Source: Auanema rhodensis
Lineage: Eukaryota; Animalia; Nematoda
Assembly: GCA_964057225.1 (NCBI GenBank)
Contig: OZ059896.1
Span: 23,002,001 to 23,066,000 of the forward strand
Length of the DNA: 64,000 nt
Direction of reading: 5' to 3'
A program made the position numbers and the translations under genes. Under the pieces are notes generated by a model that saw only the letters and a program-made list of their open reading frames with translations, did not search any database and had not been told where the DNA came from. This document shows positions 25,882 through 42,073 of this stretch, piece after piece; position 1 is the first letter of the stretch; each line of letters opens with the position of its first letter.

Positions 25882-28800
25882 CACGTGATGTGCACTTGGT
25901 ATGTAACTCGCTTCACGTGAAAGATAAAGAGATGCGGTTTTCAAAATTAGATTCCCCATGTCCATATTAGTCTAAAAACAAATTTTTATTAATATTGGTT
26001 CATGGTAACCATGTCTTTGAAATTTACGTGAACTTTAATTTATGCTAATTAAATGTACACGTGATGTGCACTTGGTATGTAACTCGCTTCACGTGAAAGA
26101 TAAAGAGATGCGGTTTTCAAAATTAGATTCCCCATGTCCATATTAGTCTAAAAACAAATTTTTATTAATATTGGTTCATGGTAACCATGTCTTTGAAATT
26201 TACGTGAACTTTAATTTATGCTAATTAAATGTACACGTGATGTGCACTTGGTATGTAACTCGCTTCACGTGAAAGATAAAGAGATGCGGTTTTCAAAATT
26301 AGATTCCCCATGTCCATATTAGTCTAAAAACAAATTTTTATTAATATTGGTTCATGGTAACCATGTCTTTGAAATTTACGTGAACTTTAATTTATGCTAA
26401 TTAAATGTACACGTGATGTGCACTTGGTATGTAACTCGCTTCACGTAAAAGATAAAAAGATGCGGTTTTCAAAATTAGATTCCCCATGTCCATATTAGTC
26501 TAAAAACAAATTTTTATTGATATTGGTTCATGGTAACCATGATTTTGAAATTTACGTGAACTTTAATTTATGCTAATTAAATGTACACGTGATGTGCACT
26601 TGATATGTAACTCGCTTCACGTGAAAGATAAAGAAATGCGGTTTTCAAAATTAGATTCCCCATGTCCATTTTAGTCTAAAAACAAATTTTTATTGATATT
26701 GGTTCATGGTAACCATGACTTTGAAATTTACGTGAACTTTAATTTATGCTAATTAAATGTACACGTGATGTGCACTTGGTATGTAACTCGCTTCACGTGA
26801 AAGATAAAGAGATGCGGTTTTCAAAATTAGATTCCCCATGTCCATATTAGTCTAAAAACAAATTTTTATTAATATTGGTTCATGGTAACCATGTCTTTGA
26901 AATTTACGTGAACTTTAATTTATGCTAATTAAATGTACACGTGATGTGCACTTGGTATGTAACTCGCTTCACGTGAAAGATAAAGAGATGCGGTTTTCAA
27001 AATTAGATTCCCCATGTCCATATTAGTCTAAAAACAAATTTTTATTGATATTGGTTCATGGTAACCATGTCTTTGAAATTTACGTGAACTTTAATTTATG
27101 CTAATTAAATGTACACGTGATGTGCACTTGGTATGTAACTCGCTTCACGTGAAAGATAAAGAGATGCGGTTTTCAAAATTAGATTCCCCATGTCCATATT
27201 AGTCTAAAAACAAATTTTTATTAATATTGGTTCATGGTAACCATGTCTTTGAAATTTACGTGAACTTTAATTTATGCTAATTAAATGTACACATGATGTG
27301 CACTTGGTATGTAACTCGCTTCACGTGAAAGATAAAGAGATGCGGTTTTCAAAATTAGATTCTCCATGTCCATATTAGTCTAAAAACAAATTTTTATTAA
27401 TATTGGTTCATGGTAACCATGTCTTTGAAATTTACGTGAACTTTAATTTATGCTAATTAAATGTACACGTGATGTGCACTTGGTATGTAACTCGCTTCAC
27501 GTGAAAGATAAAGAGATGCGGTTTTCAAAATTAGATTCCCCATGTCCATATTAGTCTAAAAACAAATTTTTATTGATATTGGTTCATGGTAACCATGACT
27601 TTGAAATTTACGTGAACTTTAATTTATGCTAATTAAATGTACACGTGATGTGCACTTGGTATGTAACTCGCTTCACGTGAAAGATAAAGAGATGCGGTTT
27701 TCAAAATTAGATTCCCCATTTCCATATTAGTCTAAAAACAAATTTTTATTAATATTGGTTCATGGTAACCATGTCTTTGAAATTTACGTGAACTTTAATT
27801 TATGCTAATTAAATGTACACGTGATGTGCACTTGGTATGTAACTCGCTTCACGTGAAAGATAAAGAGATGCGGTTTTCAAAATTAGATTCCCCATGTCCA
27901 TATTAGTCTAAAAACAAATTTTTATTGATATTGGTTCATGGTAACCATGATTTTGATATTTACGTGAACTTTAATTTATGCTAATTAAATGTACACGTGA
28001 TGTGAACTTGGTATGTAACTCGCTTCACGTGAAAGATAAAGAAATGCGGTTTTCAAAATTAGATTCCCCATGTCCATATTAGTCTAAAAACAAATTTTTA
28101 TTGATATTGGTTCATGGTAACCATGACTTTGAAATTTACGTGAACTTTAATTTATGCTAATTAAATGTACACGTGATGTGCACTTGGTATGTAACTCGCT
28201 TCACGTGAAAGATAAAGAGATGCGGTTTCCAAAATTAGATTCCCCATTTCCATATTAGTCTAAAAACAAATTTTTATTAATATTGGTTCATGGTAACCAT
28301 GTCTTTGAAATTTACGTGAACTTTAATTTATGCTAATTAAATGTACACGTGATGTGCACTTGGTATGTAACTCGCTTCACGTGAAAGATAAAGAAATGCG
28401 GTTTTCGAAATTAGATTCCCCATGTCCATATTAGTCTAAAAACAAATTTTTATTAATATTGGTTCATGGTAACCATGTCTTTGAAATTTACGTGAACTTT
28501 AATTTATGCTAATTAAATGTACACGTGATGTGCACTTGGTATGTAACTCGCTTCACGTGAAAGATAAAGAGATGCGGTTTTCAAAATTAGATTCCCCATG
28601 TCCATATTAGTCTAAAAACAAATTTTTATTGATATTGGTTCATGGTAACCATGACTTTGAAATTTACGTGAACTTTAATTTATGCTAATTAAATGTACAC
28701 GTGATGTGCACTTGGTATGTAACTCGCTTCACGTGAAAGATAAAGAGATGCGGTTTTCAAAATTAGATTCCCCATGTCCATATTAGTCTAAAAACAAATT

Positions 28801-31800
28801 TTTATTGATATTGGTTCATGGTAACCATGACTTTGAAATTTACGTGAACTTTAATTTATGCTAATTAAATGTACACGTGATGTGCACTTGGTATGTAACT
28901 CGCTTCACGTGAAAGATAAAGAGATGCGGTTTTCAAAATTAGATTCCCCATGTCCATATTAGTCTAAAAACAAATTTTTATTAATATTGGTTCATGGTAA
29001 CCATGTCTTTGAAATTTACGTGAACTTTAATTTATGCTAATTAAATGTACACGTGATGTGCACTTGGTATGTAACTCGCTTCACGTGAAAGATAAAGAGA
29101 TGCGGTTTTCAAAATTAGATTCCCCATGTCCATATTAGTCTAAAAACAAATTTTTATTAATATTGGTTCATGGTAACCATGTCTTTGAAATTTACGTGAA
29201 CTTTAATTTATGCTAATTAAATGTACACGTGATGTGCACTTGGTATGTAACTCGCTTCACGTGAAAGATAAAGAGATGCGGTTTTCAAAATTAGATTCCC
29301 CATGTCCATATTAGTCTAAAAACAAATTTTTATTAATATTGGTTCATGGTAACCATGTCTTTGAAATTTACGTGAACTTTAATTTATGCTAATTAAATGT
29401 ACACGTGATGTGCACTTGGTATGTAACTCGCTTCACGTAAAAGATAAAAAGATGCGGTTTTCAAAATTAGATTCCCCATGTCCATATTAGTCTAAAAACA
29501 AATTTTTATTGATATTGGTTCATGGTAACCATGATTTTGAAATTTACGTGAACTTTAATTTATGCTAATTAAATGTACACGTGATGTGCACTTGATATGT
29601 AACTCGCTTCACGTGAAAGATAAAGAAATGCGGTTTTCAAAATTAGATTCCCCATGTCCATTTTAGTCTAAAAACAAATTTTTATTGATATTGGTTCATG
29701 GTAACCATGACTTTGAAATTTACGTGAACTTTAATTTATGCTAATTAAATGTACACGTGATGTGCACTTGGTATGTAACTCGCTTCACGTGAAAGATAAA
29801 GAGATGCGGTTTTCAAAATTAGATTCCCCATGTCCATATTAGTCTAAAAACAAATTTTTATTGATATTGGTTCATGGTAACCATGTCTTTGAAATTTACG
29901 TGAACTTTAATTTATGCTAATTAAATGTACACGTGATGTGCACTTGGTATGTAACTCGCTTCACGTGAAAGATAAAGAGATGCGGTTTTCAAAATTAGAT
30001 TCCCCATGTCCATATTAGTCTAAAAACAAATTTTTATTAATATTGGTTCATGGTAACCATGTCTTTGAAATTTACGTGAACTTTAATTTATGCTAATTAA
30101 ATGTACACGTGATGTGCACTTGGTATGTAACTCGCTTCACGTGAAAGATAAAGAGATGCGGTTTTCAAAATTAGATTCTCCATGTCCATATTAGTCTAAA
30201 AACAAATTTTTATTAATATTGGTTCATGGTAACCATGTCTTTGAAATTTACGTGAACTTTAATTTATGCTAATTAAATGTACACGTGATGTGCACTTGGT
30301 ATGTAACTCGCTTCACGTGAAAGATAAAGAGATGCGGTTTTCAAAATTAGATTCCCCATGTCCATATTAGTCTAAAAACAAATTTTTATTGATATTGGTT
30401 CATGGTAACCATGACTTTGAAATTTACGTGAACTTTAATTTATGCTAATTAAATGTACACGTGATGTGCACTTGGTATGTAACTCGCTTCACGTGAAAGA
30501 TAAAGAGATGCGGTTTTCAAAATTAGATTCCCCATGTTCATATTAGTCTAAAAACAAATTTTTATTAATATTGGTTCATGGTAACCATGTCTTTGAAATT
30601 TACGTGAACTTTAATTTATGCTAATTAAATGTACACGTGATGTGCACTTGGTATGTAACTCGCTTCACGTGAAAGATAAAGAGATGCGGTTTCCAAAATT
30701 AGATTCCCCATTTCCATATTAGTCTAAAAACAAATTTTTATTAATATTGGTTCATGGTAACCATGTCTTTGAAATTTACGTGAACTTTAATTTATGCTAA
30801 TTAAATGTACACGTGATGTGCACTTGGTATGTAACTCGCTTCACGTGAAAGATAAAGAAATGCGTTTTTCAAAATTAGATTCCCCATGTCCATTTTAGTC
30901 TAAAAACAAATTTTTATTGATATTGGTTCATGGTAACCATGACTTTGAAATTTACGTGAACTTTAATTTATGCTAATTAAATGTACACGTGATGTGCACT
31001 TGGTATGTAACTCGCTTCACGTGAAAGATAAAGAGATGCGGTTTTCAAAATTAGATTCTCCATGTCCATATTAGTCTAAAAACAAATTTTTATTAATATT
31101 GGTTCATGGTAACCATGTCTTTGAAATTTACGTGAACTTTAATTTATGCTAATTAAATGTACACGTGATGTGCACTTGGTATGTAACTCGCTTCACGTGA
31201 AAGATAAAGAAATGCGTTTTTCAAAATTAGATTCCCCATGTCCATATTAGTCTAAAAACAAATTTTTATTAATATTGGTTCATGGTAACCATGTCTTTGA
31301 AATTTACGTGAACTTTAATTTATGCTAATTAAATGTACACGTGATGTGCACTTGGTATGTAACTCGCTTCACGTGAAAGATAAAGAGATGCGGTTTTCAA
31401 AATTAGATTCCCCATGTCCATATTAGTCTAAAAACAAATTTTTATTAATATTGGTTCATGGTAACCATGTCTTTGAAATTTACGTGAACTTTAATTTATG
31501 CTAATTAAATGTACACGTGATGTGCACTTGGTATGTAACTCGCTTCACGTGAAAGATAAAGAGATGCGGTTTTCAAAATTAGATTCCCCATGTCCATATT
31601 AGTCTAAAAACAAATTTTTATCGATATTGGTTCATGGTAACCATGACTTTGAAATTTACGTGAACTTTAATTTATGCTAATTAAATGTACACGTGATGTG
31701 CACTTGGTATGTAACTCGCTTCACGTGAAAGATAAAGAGATGCGGTTTTCAAAATTAGATTCCCCATGTCCATATTAGTCTAAAAACAAATTTTTATTAA

Positions 31801-34800
31801 TATTGGTTCATGGTAACCATGTCTTTGAAATTTACGTGAACTTTAATTTATGCTAATTAAATGTACACGTGATGTGCACTTGGTATGTAACTCGCTTCAC
31901 GTGAAAGATAAAGAGATGCGGTTTTCAAAATTAGATTCCCCATGTCCATATTAGTCTAAAAACAAATTTTTATTAATATTGGTTCATGGTAACCATGTCT
32001 TTGAAATTTACGTGAACTTTAATTTATGCTAATTAAATGTACACGTGATGTGCACTTGGTATGTAACTCGCTTCACGTGAAAGATAAAGAGATGCGGTTT
32101 TCAAAATTAGATTCCCCATGTCCATATTAGTCTAAAAACAAATTTTTATTAATATTGGTTCATGGTAACCATGTCTTTGAAATTTACGTGAACTTTAATT
32201 TATGCTAATTAAATGTACACGTGATGTGCACTTGGTATGTAACTCGCTTCACGTAAAAGATAAAAAGATGCGGTTTTCAAAATTAGATTCCCCATGTCCA
32301 TATTAGTCTAAAAACAAATTTTTATTGATATTGGTTCATGGTAACCATGATTTTGAAATTTACGTGAACTTTAATTTATGCTAATTAAATGTACACGTGA
32401 TGTGCACTTGATATGTAACTCGCTTCACGTGAAAGATAAAGAAATGCGGTTTTCAAAATTAGATTCCCCATGTCCATTTTAGTCTAAAAACAAATTTTTA
32501 TTGATATTGGTTCATGGTAACCATGACTTTGAAATTTACGTGAACTTTAATTTATGCTAATTAAATGTACACGTGATGTGCACTTGGTATGTAACTCGCT
32601 TCACGTGAAAGATAAAGAGATGCGGTTTTCAAAATTAGATTCCCCATGTCCATATTAGTCTAAAAACAAATTTTTATTAATATTGGTTCATGGTAACCAT
32701 GTCTTTGAAATTTACGTGAACTTTAATTTATGCTAATTAAATGTACACGTGATGTGCACTTGGTATGTAACTCGCTTCACGTGAAAGATAAAGAGATGCG
32801 GTTTTCAAAATTAGATTCCCCATGTCCATATTAGTCTAAAAACAAATTTTTATTGATATTGGTTCATGGTAACCATGTCTTTGAAATTTACGTGAACTTT
32901 AATTTATGCTAATTAAATGTACACGTGATGTGCACTTGGTATGTAACTCGCTTCACGTGAAAGATAAAGAGATGCGGTTTTCAAAATTAGATTCCCCATG
33001 TCCATATTAGTCTAAAAACAAATTTTTATTAATATTGGTTCATGGTAACCATGTCTTTGAAATTTACGTGAACTTTAATTTATGCTAATTAAATGTACAC
33101 ATGATGTGCACTTGGTATGTAACTCGCTTCACGTGAAAGATAAAGAGATGCGGTTTTCAAAATTAGATTCTCCATGTCCATATTAGTCTAAAAACAAATT
33201 TTTATTAATATTGGTTCATGGTAACCATGTCTTTGAAATTTACGTGAACTTTAATTTATGCTAATTAAATGTACACGTGATGTGCACTTGGTATGTAACT
33301 CGCTTCACGTGAAAGATAAAGAGATGCGGTTTTCAAAATTAGATTCCCCATGTCCATATTAGTCTAAAAACAAATTTTTATTGATATTGGTTCATGGTAA
33401 CCATGACTTTGAAATTTACGTGAACTTTAATTTATGCTAATTAAATGTACACGTGATGTGCACTTGGTATGTAACTCGCTTCACGTGAAAGATAAAGAGA
33501 TGCGGTTTTCAAAATTAGATTCCCCATTTCCATATTAGTCTAAAAACAAATTTTTATTAATATTGGTTCATGGTAACCATGTCTTTGAAATTTACGTGAA
33601 CTTTAATTTATGCTAATTAAATGTACACGTGATGTGCACTTGGTATGTAACTCGCTTCACGTGAAAGATAAAGAGATGCGGTTTTCAAAATTAGATTCCC
33701 CATGTCCATATTAGTCTAAAAACAAATTTTTATTGATATTGGTTCATGGTAACCATGATTTTGATATTTACGTGAACTTTAATTTATGCTAATTAAATGT
33801 ACACGTGATGTGAACTTGGTATGTAACTCGCTTCACGTGAAAGATAAAGAAATGCGGTTTTCAAAATTAGATTCCCCATGTCCATATTAGTCTAAAAACA
33901 AATTTTTATTGATATTGGTTCATGGTAACCATGACTTTGAAATTTACGTGAACTTTAATTTATGCTAATTAAATGTACACGTGATGTGCACTTGGTATGT
34001 AACTCGCTTCACGTGAAAGATAAAGAGATGCGGTTTCCAAAATTAGATTCCCCATTTCCATATTAGTCTAAAAACAAATTTTTATTAATATTGGTTCATG
34101 GTAACCATGTCTTTGAAATTTACGTGAACTTTAATTTATGCTAATTAAATGTACACGTGATGTGCACTTGGTATGTAACTCGCTTCACGTGAAAGATAAA
34201 GAAATGCGGTTTTCGAAATTAGATTCCCCATGTCCATATTAGTCTAAAAACAAATTTTTATTAATATTGGTTCATGGTAACCATGTCTTTGAAATTTACG
34301 TGAACTTTAATTTATGCTAATTAAATGTACACGTGATGTGCACTTGGTATGTAACTCGCTTCACGTGAAAGATAAAGAGATGCGGTTTTCAAAATTAGAT
34401 TCCCCATGTCCATATTAGTCTAAAAACAAATTTTTATTGATATTGGTTCATGGTAACCATGACTTTGAAATTTACGTGAACTTTAATTTATGCTAATTAA
34501 ATGTACACGTGATGTGCACTTGGTATGTAACTCGCTTCACGTGAAAGATAAAGAGATGCGGTTTTCAAAATTAGATTCCCCATGTCCATATTAGTCTAAA
34601 AACAAATTTTTATTGATATTGGTTCATGGTAACCATGACTTTGAAATTTACGTGAACTTTAATTTATGCTAATTAAATGTACACGTGATGTGCACTTGGT
34701 ATGTAACTCGCTTCACGTGAAAGATAAAGAGATGCGGTTTTCAAAATTAGATTCCCCATGTCCATATTAGTCTAAAAACAAATTTTTATTAATATTGGTT

Positions 34801-36969
34801 CATGGTAACCATGTCTTTGAAATTTACGTGAACTTTAATTTATGCTAATTAAATGTACACGTGATGTGCACTTGGTATGTAACTCGCTTCACGTGAAAGA
34901 TAAAGAGATGCGGTTTTCAAAATTAGATTCCCCATGTCCATATTAGTCTAAAAACAAATTTTTATTAATATTGGTTCATGGTAACCATGTCTTTGAAATT
35001 TACGTGAACTTTAATTTATGCTAATTAAATGTACACGTGATGTGCACTTGGTATGTAACTCGCTTCACGTGAAAGATAAAGAGATGCGGTTTTCAAAATT
35101 AGATTCCCCATGTCCATATTAGTCTAAAAACAAATTTTTATTAATATTGGTTCATGGTAACCATGTCTTTGAAATTTACGTGAACTTTAATTTATGCTAA
35201 TTAAATGTACACGTGATGTGCACTTGGTATGTAACTCGCTTCACGTAAAAGATAAAAAGATGCGGTTTTCAAAATTAGATTCCCCATGTCCATATTAGTC
35301 TAAAAACAAATTTTTATTGATATTGGTTCATGGTAACCATGATTTTGAAATTTACGTGAACTTTAATTTATGCTAATTAAATGTACACGTGATGTGCACT
35401 TGATATGTAACTCGCTTCACGTGAAAGATAAAGAAATGCGGTTTTCAAAATTAGATTCCCCATGTCCATTTTAGTCTAAAAACAAATTTTTATTGATATT
35501 GGTTCATGGTAACCATGACTTTGAAATTTACGTGAACTTTAATTTATGCTAATTAAATGTACACGTGATGTGCACTTGGTATGTAACTCGCTTCACGTGA
35601 AAGATAAAGAGATGCGGTTTTCAAAATTAGATTCCCCATGTCCATATTAGTCTAAAAACAAATTTTTATTGATATTGGTTCATGGTAACCATGTCTTTGA
35701 AATTTACGTGAACTTTAATTTATGCTAATTAAATGTACACGTGATGTGCACTTGGTATGTAACTCGCTTCACGTGAAAGATAAAGAGATGCGGTTTTCAA
35801 AATTAGATTCCCCATGTCCATATTAGTCTAAAAACAAATTTTTATTAATATTGGTTCATGGTAACCATGTCTTTGAAATTTACGTGAACTTTAATTTATG
35901 CTAATTAAATGTACACGTGATGTGCACTTGGTATGTAACTCGCTTCACGTGAAAGATAAAGAGATGCGGTTTTCAAAATTAGATTCTCCATGTCCATATT
36001 AGTCTAAAAACAAATTTTTATTAATATTGGTTCATGGTAACCATGTCTTTGAAATTTACGTGAACTTTAATTTATGCTAATTAAATGTACACGTGATGTG
36101 CACTTGGTATGTAACTCGCTTCACGTGAAAGATAAAGAGATGCGGTTTTCAAAATTAGATTCCCCATGTCCATATTAGTCTAAAAACAAATTTTTATTGA
36201 TATTGGTTCATGGTAACCATGACTTTGAAATTTACGTGAACTTTAATTTATGCTAATTAAATGTACACGTGATGTGCACTTGGTATGTAACTCGCTTCAC
36301 GTGAAAGATAAAGAGATGCGGTTTTCAAAATTAGATTCCCCATGTTCATATTAGTCTAAAAACAAATTTTTATTAATATTGGTTCATGGTAACCATGTCT
36401 TTGAAATTTACGTGAACTTTAATTTATGCTAATTAAATGTACACGTGATGTGCACTTGGTATGTAACTCGCTTCACGTGAAAGATAAAGAGATGCGGTTT
36501 CCAAAATTAGATTCCCCATTTCCATATTAGTCTAAAAACAAATTTTTATTAATATTGGTTCATGGTAACCATGTCTTTGAAATTTACGTGAACTTTAATT
36601 TATGCTAATTAAATGTACACGTGATGTGCACTTGGTATGTAACTCGCTTCACGTGAAAGATAAAGAAATGCGTTTTTCAAAATTAGATTCCCCATGTCCA
36701 TTTTAGTCTAAAAACAAATTTTTATTGATATTGGTTCATGGTAACCATGACTTTGAAATTTACGTGAACTTTAATTTATGCTAATTAAATGTACACGTGA
36801 TGTGCACTTGGTATGTAACTCGCTTCACGTGAAAGATAAAGAGATGCGGTTTTCAAAATTAGATTCTCCATGTCCATATTAGTCTAAAAACAAATTTTTA
36901 TTAATATTGGTTCATGGTAACCATGTCTTTGAAATTTACGTGAACTTTAATTTATGCTAATTAAATGTA
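25882..36969. repeat. Large duplication with a 33-monomer (5808-bp) offset; about 30 monomers match (25882-31161 vs 31690-36969)
   Basis: Rare SNP pairs lie exactly 5808 bp apart: CTTGATATG at 26603/32411 and 29595/35403; ACATGATG at 27293/33101; GTGAACTT at 28005/33813. Confidence 0.88.
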
Positions 36970-38553
36970 CACGTGATGTGCACTTGGTATGTAACTCGCT
37001 TCACGTGAAAGATAAAGAGATGCGGTTTTCAAAATTAGATTCCCCATGTCCATATTAGTCTAAAAACAAATTTTTATTGATATTGGTTCATGGTAACCAT
37101 GACTTTGAAATTTACGTGAACTTTAATTTATGCTAATTAAATGTACACGTGATGTGCACTTGGTATGTAACTCGCTTCACGTGAAAGATAAAGAGATGCG
37201 GTTTTCAAAATTAGATTCCCCATGTCCATATTAGTCTAAAAACAAATTTTTATTAATATTGGTTCATGGTAACCATGTCTTTGAAATTTACGTGAACTTT
37301 AATTTATGCTAATTAAATGTACACGTGATGTGCACTTGGTATGTAACTCGCTTCACGTGAAAGATAAAGAGATGCGGTTTTCAAAATTAGATTCCCCATG
37401 TCCATATTAGTATAAAAACTAATTTTTATTAATATTGGTTCATGGTAACCATGTCTTTGAAATTTACGTGAACTTTAATTTATGCTAATTAAATGTACAC
37501 GTGATGTGCACTTGGTATGTAACTCGCTTCACGTGAAAGATAAAGAGATGCGGTTTTCAAAATTAGATTCCCCATGTCCATATTAGTCTAAAAACAAATT
37601 TTTATTAATATTGGTTCATGGTAACCATGTCTTTGAAATTTACGTGAACTTTAATTTATGCTAATTAAATGTACACGTGATGTGCACTTGGTATGTAACT
37701 CGCTTCACGTGAAAGATAAAGAGATGCGGTTTTCAAAATTAGATTCCCCATGTCCATATTAGTCTAAAAACAAATTTTTATTGATATTGGTTCATGGTAA
37801 CCATGACTTTGAAATTTACGTGAACTTTAATTTATGCTAATTAAATGTACACGTGATGTGCACTTGGTATGTAACTCGCTTCACGTGAAAGATAAAGAGA
37901 TGCGGTTTTCAAAATTAGATTCTCCATGTCCATATTAGTCTAAAAACAAATTTTTATTAATATTGGTTCATGGTAACCATGTCTTTGAAATTTACGTGAA
38001 CTTTAATTTATGCTAATTAAATGTACACGTGATGTGCACTTGGTATGTCACTCGCTTCACGTGAAAGATAAAGAGATGCGGTTTTCAAAATTAGATTCCC
38101 CATGTCCATATTAGTCTAACAACAAATTTTTATTGATATTGGTTCATGGTAACCATGACTTTGAAATTTACGTGAACTTTAATTTATGCTAATTAAATGT
38201 ACACGTGATGTGCACTTGGTATGTAACTCGCTTCACGTGAAAGATAAAGAGATGCGGTTTACAAAATTAGATTCCCCATGTCCATATTAGTCTAAAAACA
38301 AATTTTTATTAATATTGGTTCATGGTAACCATGTCTTTGAAATTTACGTGAACTTTAATTTATGCTAATTAAATGTACACGTGATGTGCACTTGGTATGT
38401 AACTCGCTTCACGTGAAAGATAAAGAGATGCGGTTTTCAAAATTAGATTCCCCATGTCCATATTAGTATAAAAACAAATTTTTATTAATATTGGTTCATG
38501 GTAACCATGTCTTTGAAATTTACGTGAACTTTAATTTATGCTAATTAAATGTA

Positions 38554-41500
38554 CACGTGATGTGCACTTGGTATGTAACTCGCTTCACGTGAAAGATAAA
38601 GAGATGCGGTTTTCAAAATTAGATTCCCCATGTCCATATTAGTCTAAAAACAAATTTTTATTAATATTGGTTCATGGTAACCATGTCTTTGAAATTTACG
38701 TGAACTTTAATTTATGCTAATTAAATGTACACGTGATGTGCACTTGGTACGTAACTCGCTTCACGTGAAAGATAAAGAGATGCGGTTTTCAAAATTAGAT
38801 TCCCCATGTCCATATTAGTCTAAAAACAAATTTTTATTGATATTGGTTCATGGTAACCATGACTTTGAAATTTACGTGAACTTTAATTTATGCTAATTAA
38901 ATGTACACGTGATGTGCACTTGGTATGTAACTCGCTTCACGTGAAAGATAAAGAGATGCGGTTTTCAAAATTAGATTCCCCATGTCCATATTAGTCTAAA
39001 AACAAATTTTTATTGATATTGGTTCATGGTAACCATGATTTTGATATTTACGTGAACTTTAATTTATGCTAATTAAATGTACACGTGATGTGAACTTGGT
39101 ATGTAACTCGCTTCACGTGAAAGATAAAGAAATGCGGTTTTCAAAATTAGATTCCCCATGTCCATATTAGTCTAAAAACAAATTTTTATTGATATTGGTT
39201 CATGGTAACCATGACTTTGAAATTTACGTGAACTTTAATTTATGCTAATTAAATGTACACGTGATGTGCACTTGGTATGTAACTCGCTTCACGTGAAAGA
39301 TAAAGAGATGCGGTTTCCAAAATTAGATTCCCCATTTCCATATTAGTCTAAAAACAAATTTTTATTAATATTGGTTCATGGTAACCATGTCTTTGAAATT
39401 TACGTGAACTTTAATTTATGCTAATTAAATGTACACGTGATGTGCACTTGGTATGTAACTCGCTTCACGTGAAAGATAAAGAAATGCGGTTTTCGAAATT
39501 AGATTCCCCATGTCCATATTAGTCTAAAAACAAATTTTTATTAATATTGGTTCATGGTAACCATGTCTTTGAAATTTACGTGAACTTTAATTTATGCTAA
39601 TTAAATGTACACGTGATGTGCACTTGGTATGTAACTCGCTTCACGTGAAAGATAAAGAGATGCGGTTTTCAAAATTAGATTCCCCATGTCCATATTAGTC
39701 TAAAAACAAATTTTTATTGATATTGGTTCATGGTAACCATGACTTTGAAATTTACGTGAACTTTAATTTATGCTAATTAAATGTACACGTGATGTGCACT
39801 TGGTATGTAACTCGCTTCACGTGAAAGATAAAGAGATGCGGTTTTCAAAATTAGATTCCTCATGTCCATATTAGTCTAAAAACAAATTTTTATTGATATT
39901 GGTTCATGGTAACCATGACTTTGAAATTTACGTGAACTTTAATTTATGCTAATTAAATGTACACGTGATGTGCACTTGGTATGTAACTCGCTTCACGTGA
40001 AAGATAAAGAGATGCGGTTTTCAAAATTAGATTCCCCATGTCCATATTAGTCTAAAAACAAATTTTTATTAATATTGGTTCATGGTAACCATGTCTTTGA
40101 AATTTACGTGAACTTTAATTTATGCTAATTAAATGTACACGTGATGTGCACTTGGTATGTAACTCGCTTCACGTGAAAGATAAAGAGATGCGGTTTTCAA
40201 AATTAGATTCCCCATGTCCATATTAGTCTAAAAACAAATTTTTATTAATATTGGTTCATGGTAACCATGTCTTTGAAATTTACGTGAACTTTAATTTATG
40301 CTAATTAAATGTACACGTGATGTGCACTTGGTATGTAACTCGCTTCACGTGAAAGATAAAGAGATGCGGTTTTCAAAATTAGATTCCCCATGTCCATATT
40401 AGTCTAAAAACAAATTTTTATTAATATTGGTTCATGGTAACCATGTCTTTGAAATTTACGTGAACTTTAATTTATGCTAATTAAATGTACACGTGATGTG
40501 CACTTGGTACGTAACTCGCTTCACGTGAAAGATAAAGAGATGCGGTTTTCAAAATTAGATTCCCCATGTCCATATTAGTCTAAAAACAAATTTTTATTGA
40601 TATTGGTTCATGGTAACCATGACTTTGAAATTTACGTGAACTTTAATTTATGCTAATTAAATGTACACGTGATGTGCACTTGGTATGTAACTCGCTTCAC
40701 GTGAAAGATAAAGAGATGCGGTTTTCAAAATTAGATTCCCCATGTCCATATTAGTCTAAAAACAAATTTTTATTGATATTGGTTCATGGTAACCATGATT
40801 TTGATATTTACGTGAACTTTAATTTATGCTAATTAAATGTACACGTGATGTGAACTTGGTATGTAACTCGCTTCACGTGAAAGATAAAGAAATGCGGTTT
40901 TCAAAATTAGATTCCCCATGTCCATATTAGTCTAAAAACAAATTTTTATTGATATTGGTTCATGGTAACCATGACTTTGAAATTTACGTGAACTTTAATT
41001 TATGCTAATTAAATGTACACGTGATGTGCACTTGGTATGTAACTCGCTTCACGTGAAAGATAAAGAGATGCGGTTTCCAAAATTAGATTCCCCATTTCCA
41101 TATTAGTCTAAAAACAAATTTTTATTAATATTGGTTCATGGTAACCATGTCTTTGAAATTTACGTGAACTTTAATTTATGCTAATTAAATGTACACGTGA
41201 TGTGCACTTGGTATGTAACTCGCTTCACGTGAAAGATAAAGAAATGCGGTTTTCGAAATTAGATTCCCCATGTCCATATTAGTCTAAAAACAAATTTTTA
41301 TTAATATTGGTTCATGGTAACCATGTCTTTGAAATTTACGTGAACTTTAATTTATGCTAATTAAATGTACACGTGATGTGCACTTGGTATGTAACTCGCT
41401 TCACGTGAAAGATAAAGAGATGCGGTTTTCAAAATTAGATTCCCCATGTCCATATTAGTCTAAAAACAAATTTTTATTGATATTGGTTCATGGTAACCAT

Positions 41501-42073
41501 GACTTTGAAATTTACGTGAACTTTAATTTATGCTAATTAAATGTACACGTGATGTGCACTTGGTATGTAACTCGCTTCACGTGAAAGATAAAGAGATGCG
41601 GTTTTCAAAATTAGATTCCTCATGTCCATATTAGTCTAAAAACAAATTTTTATTGATATTGGTTCATGGTAACCATGACTTTGAAATTTACGTGAACTTT
41701 AATTTATGCTAATTAAATGTACACGTGATGTGCACTTGGTATGTAACTCGCTTCACGTGAAAGATAAAGAGATGCGGTTTTCAAAATTAGATTCCCCATG
41801 TCCATATTAGTCTAAAAACAAATTTTTATTAATATTGGTTCATGGTAACCATGTCTTTGAAATTTACGTGAACTTTAATTTATGCTAATTAAATGTACAC
41901 GTGATGTGCACTTGGTATGTAACTCGCTTCACGTGAAAGATAAAGAGATGCGGTTTTCAAAATTAGATTCCCCATGTCCATATTAGTCTAAAAACAAATT
42001 TTTATTAATATTGGTTCATGGTAACCATGTCTTTGAAATTTACGTGAACTTTAATTTATGCTAATTAAATGTA
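38554..42073. repeat. Higher-order repeat: tandem duplication of a 10-monomer (1760-bp) unit
   Basis: GGTACGT at 38750/40510, GTGAACTT at 39093/40853, TTTCGAAA at 39491/41251 and TTCCTCATG at 39860/41620 are all 1760 bp apart. Confidence 0.9.
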
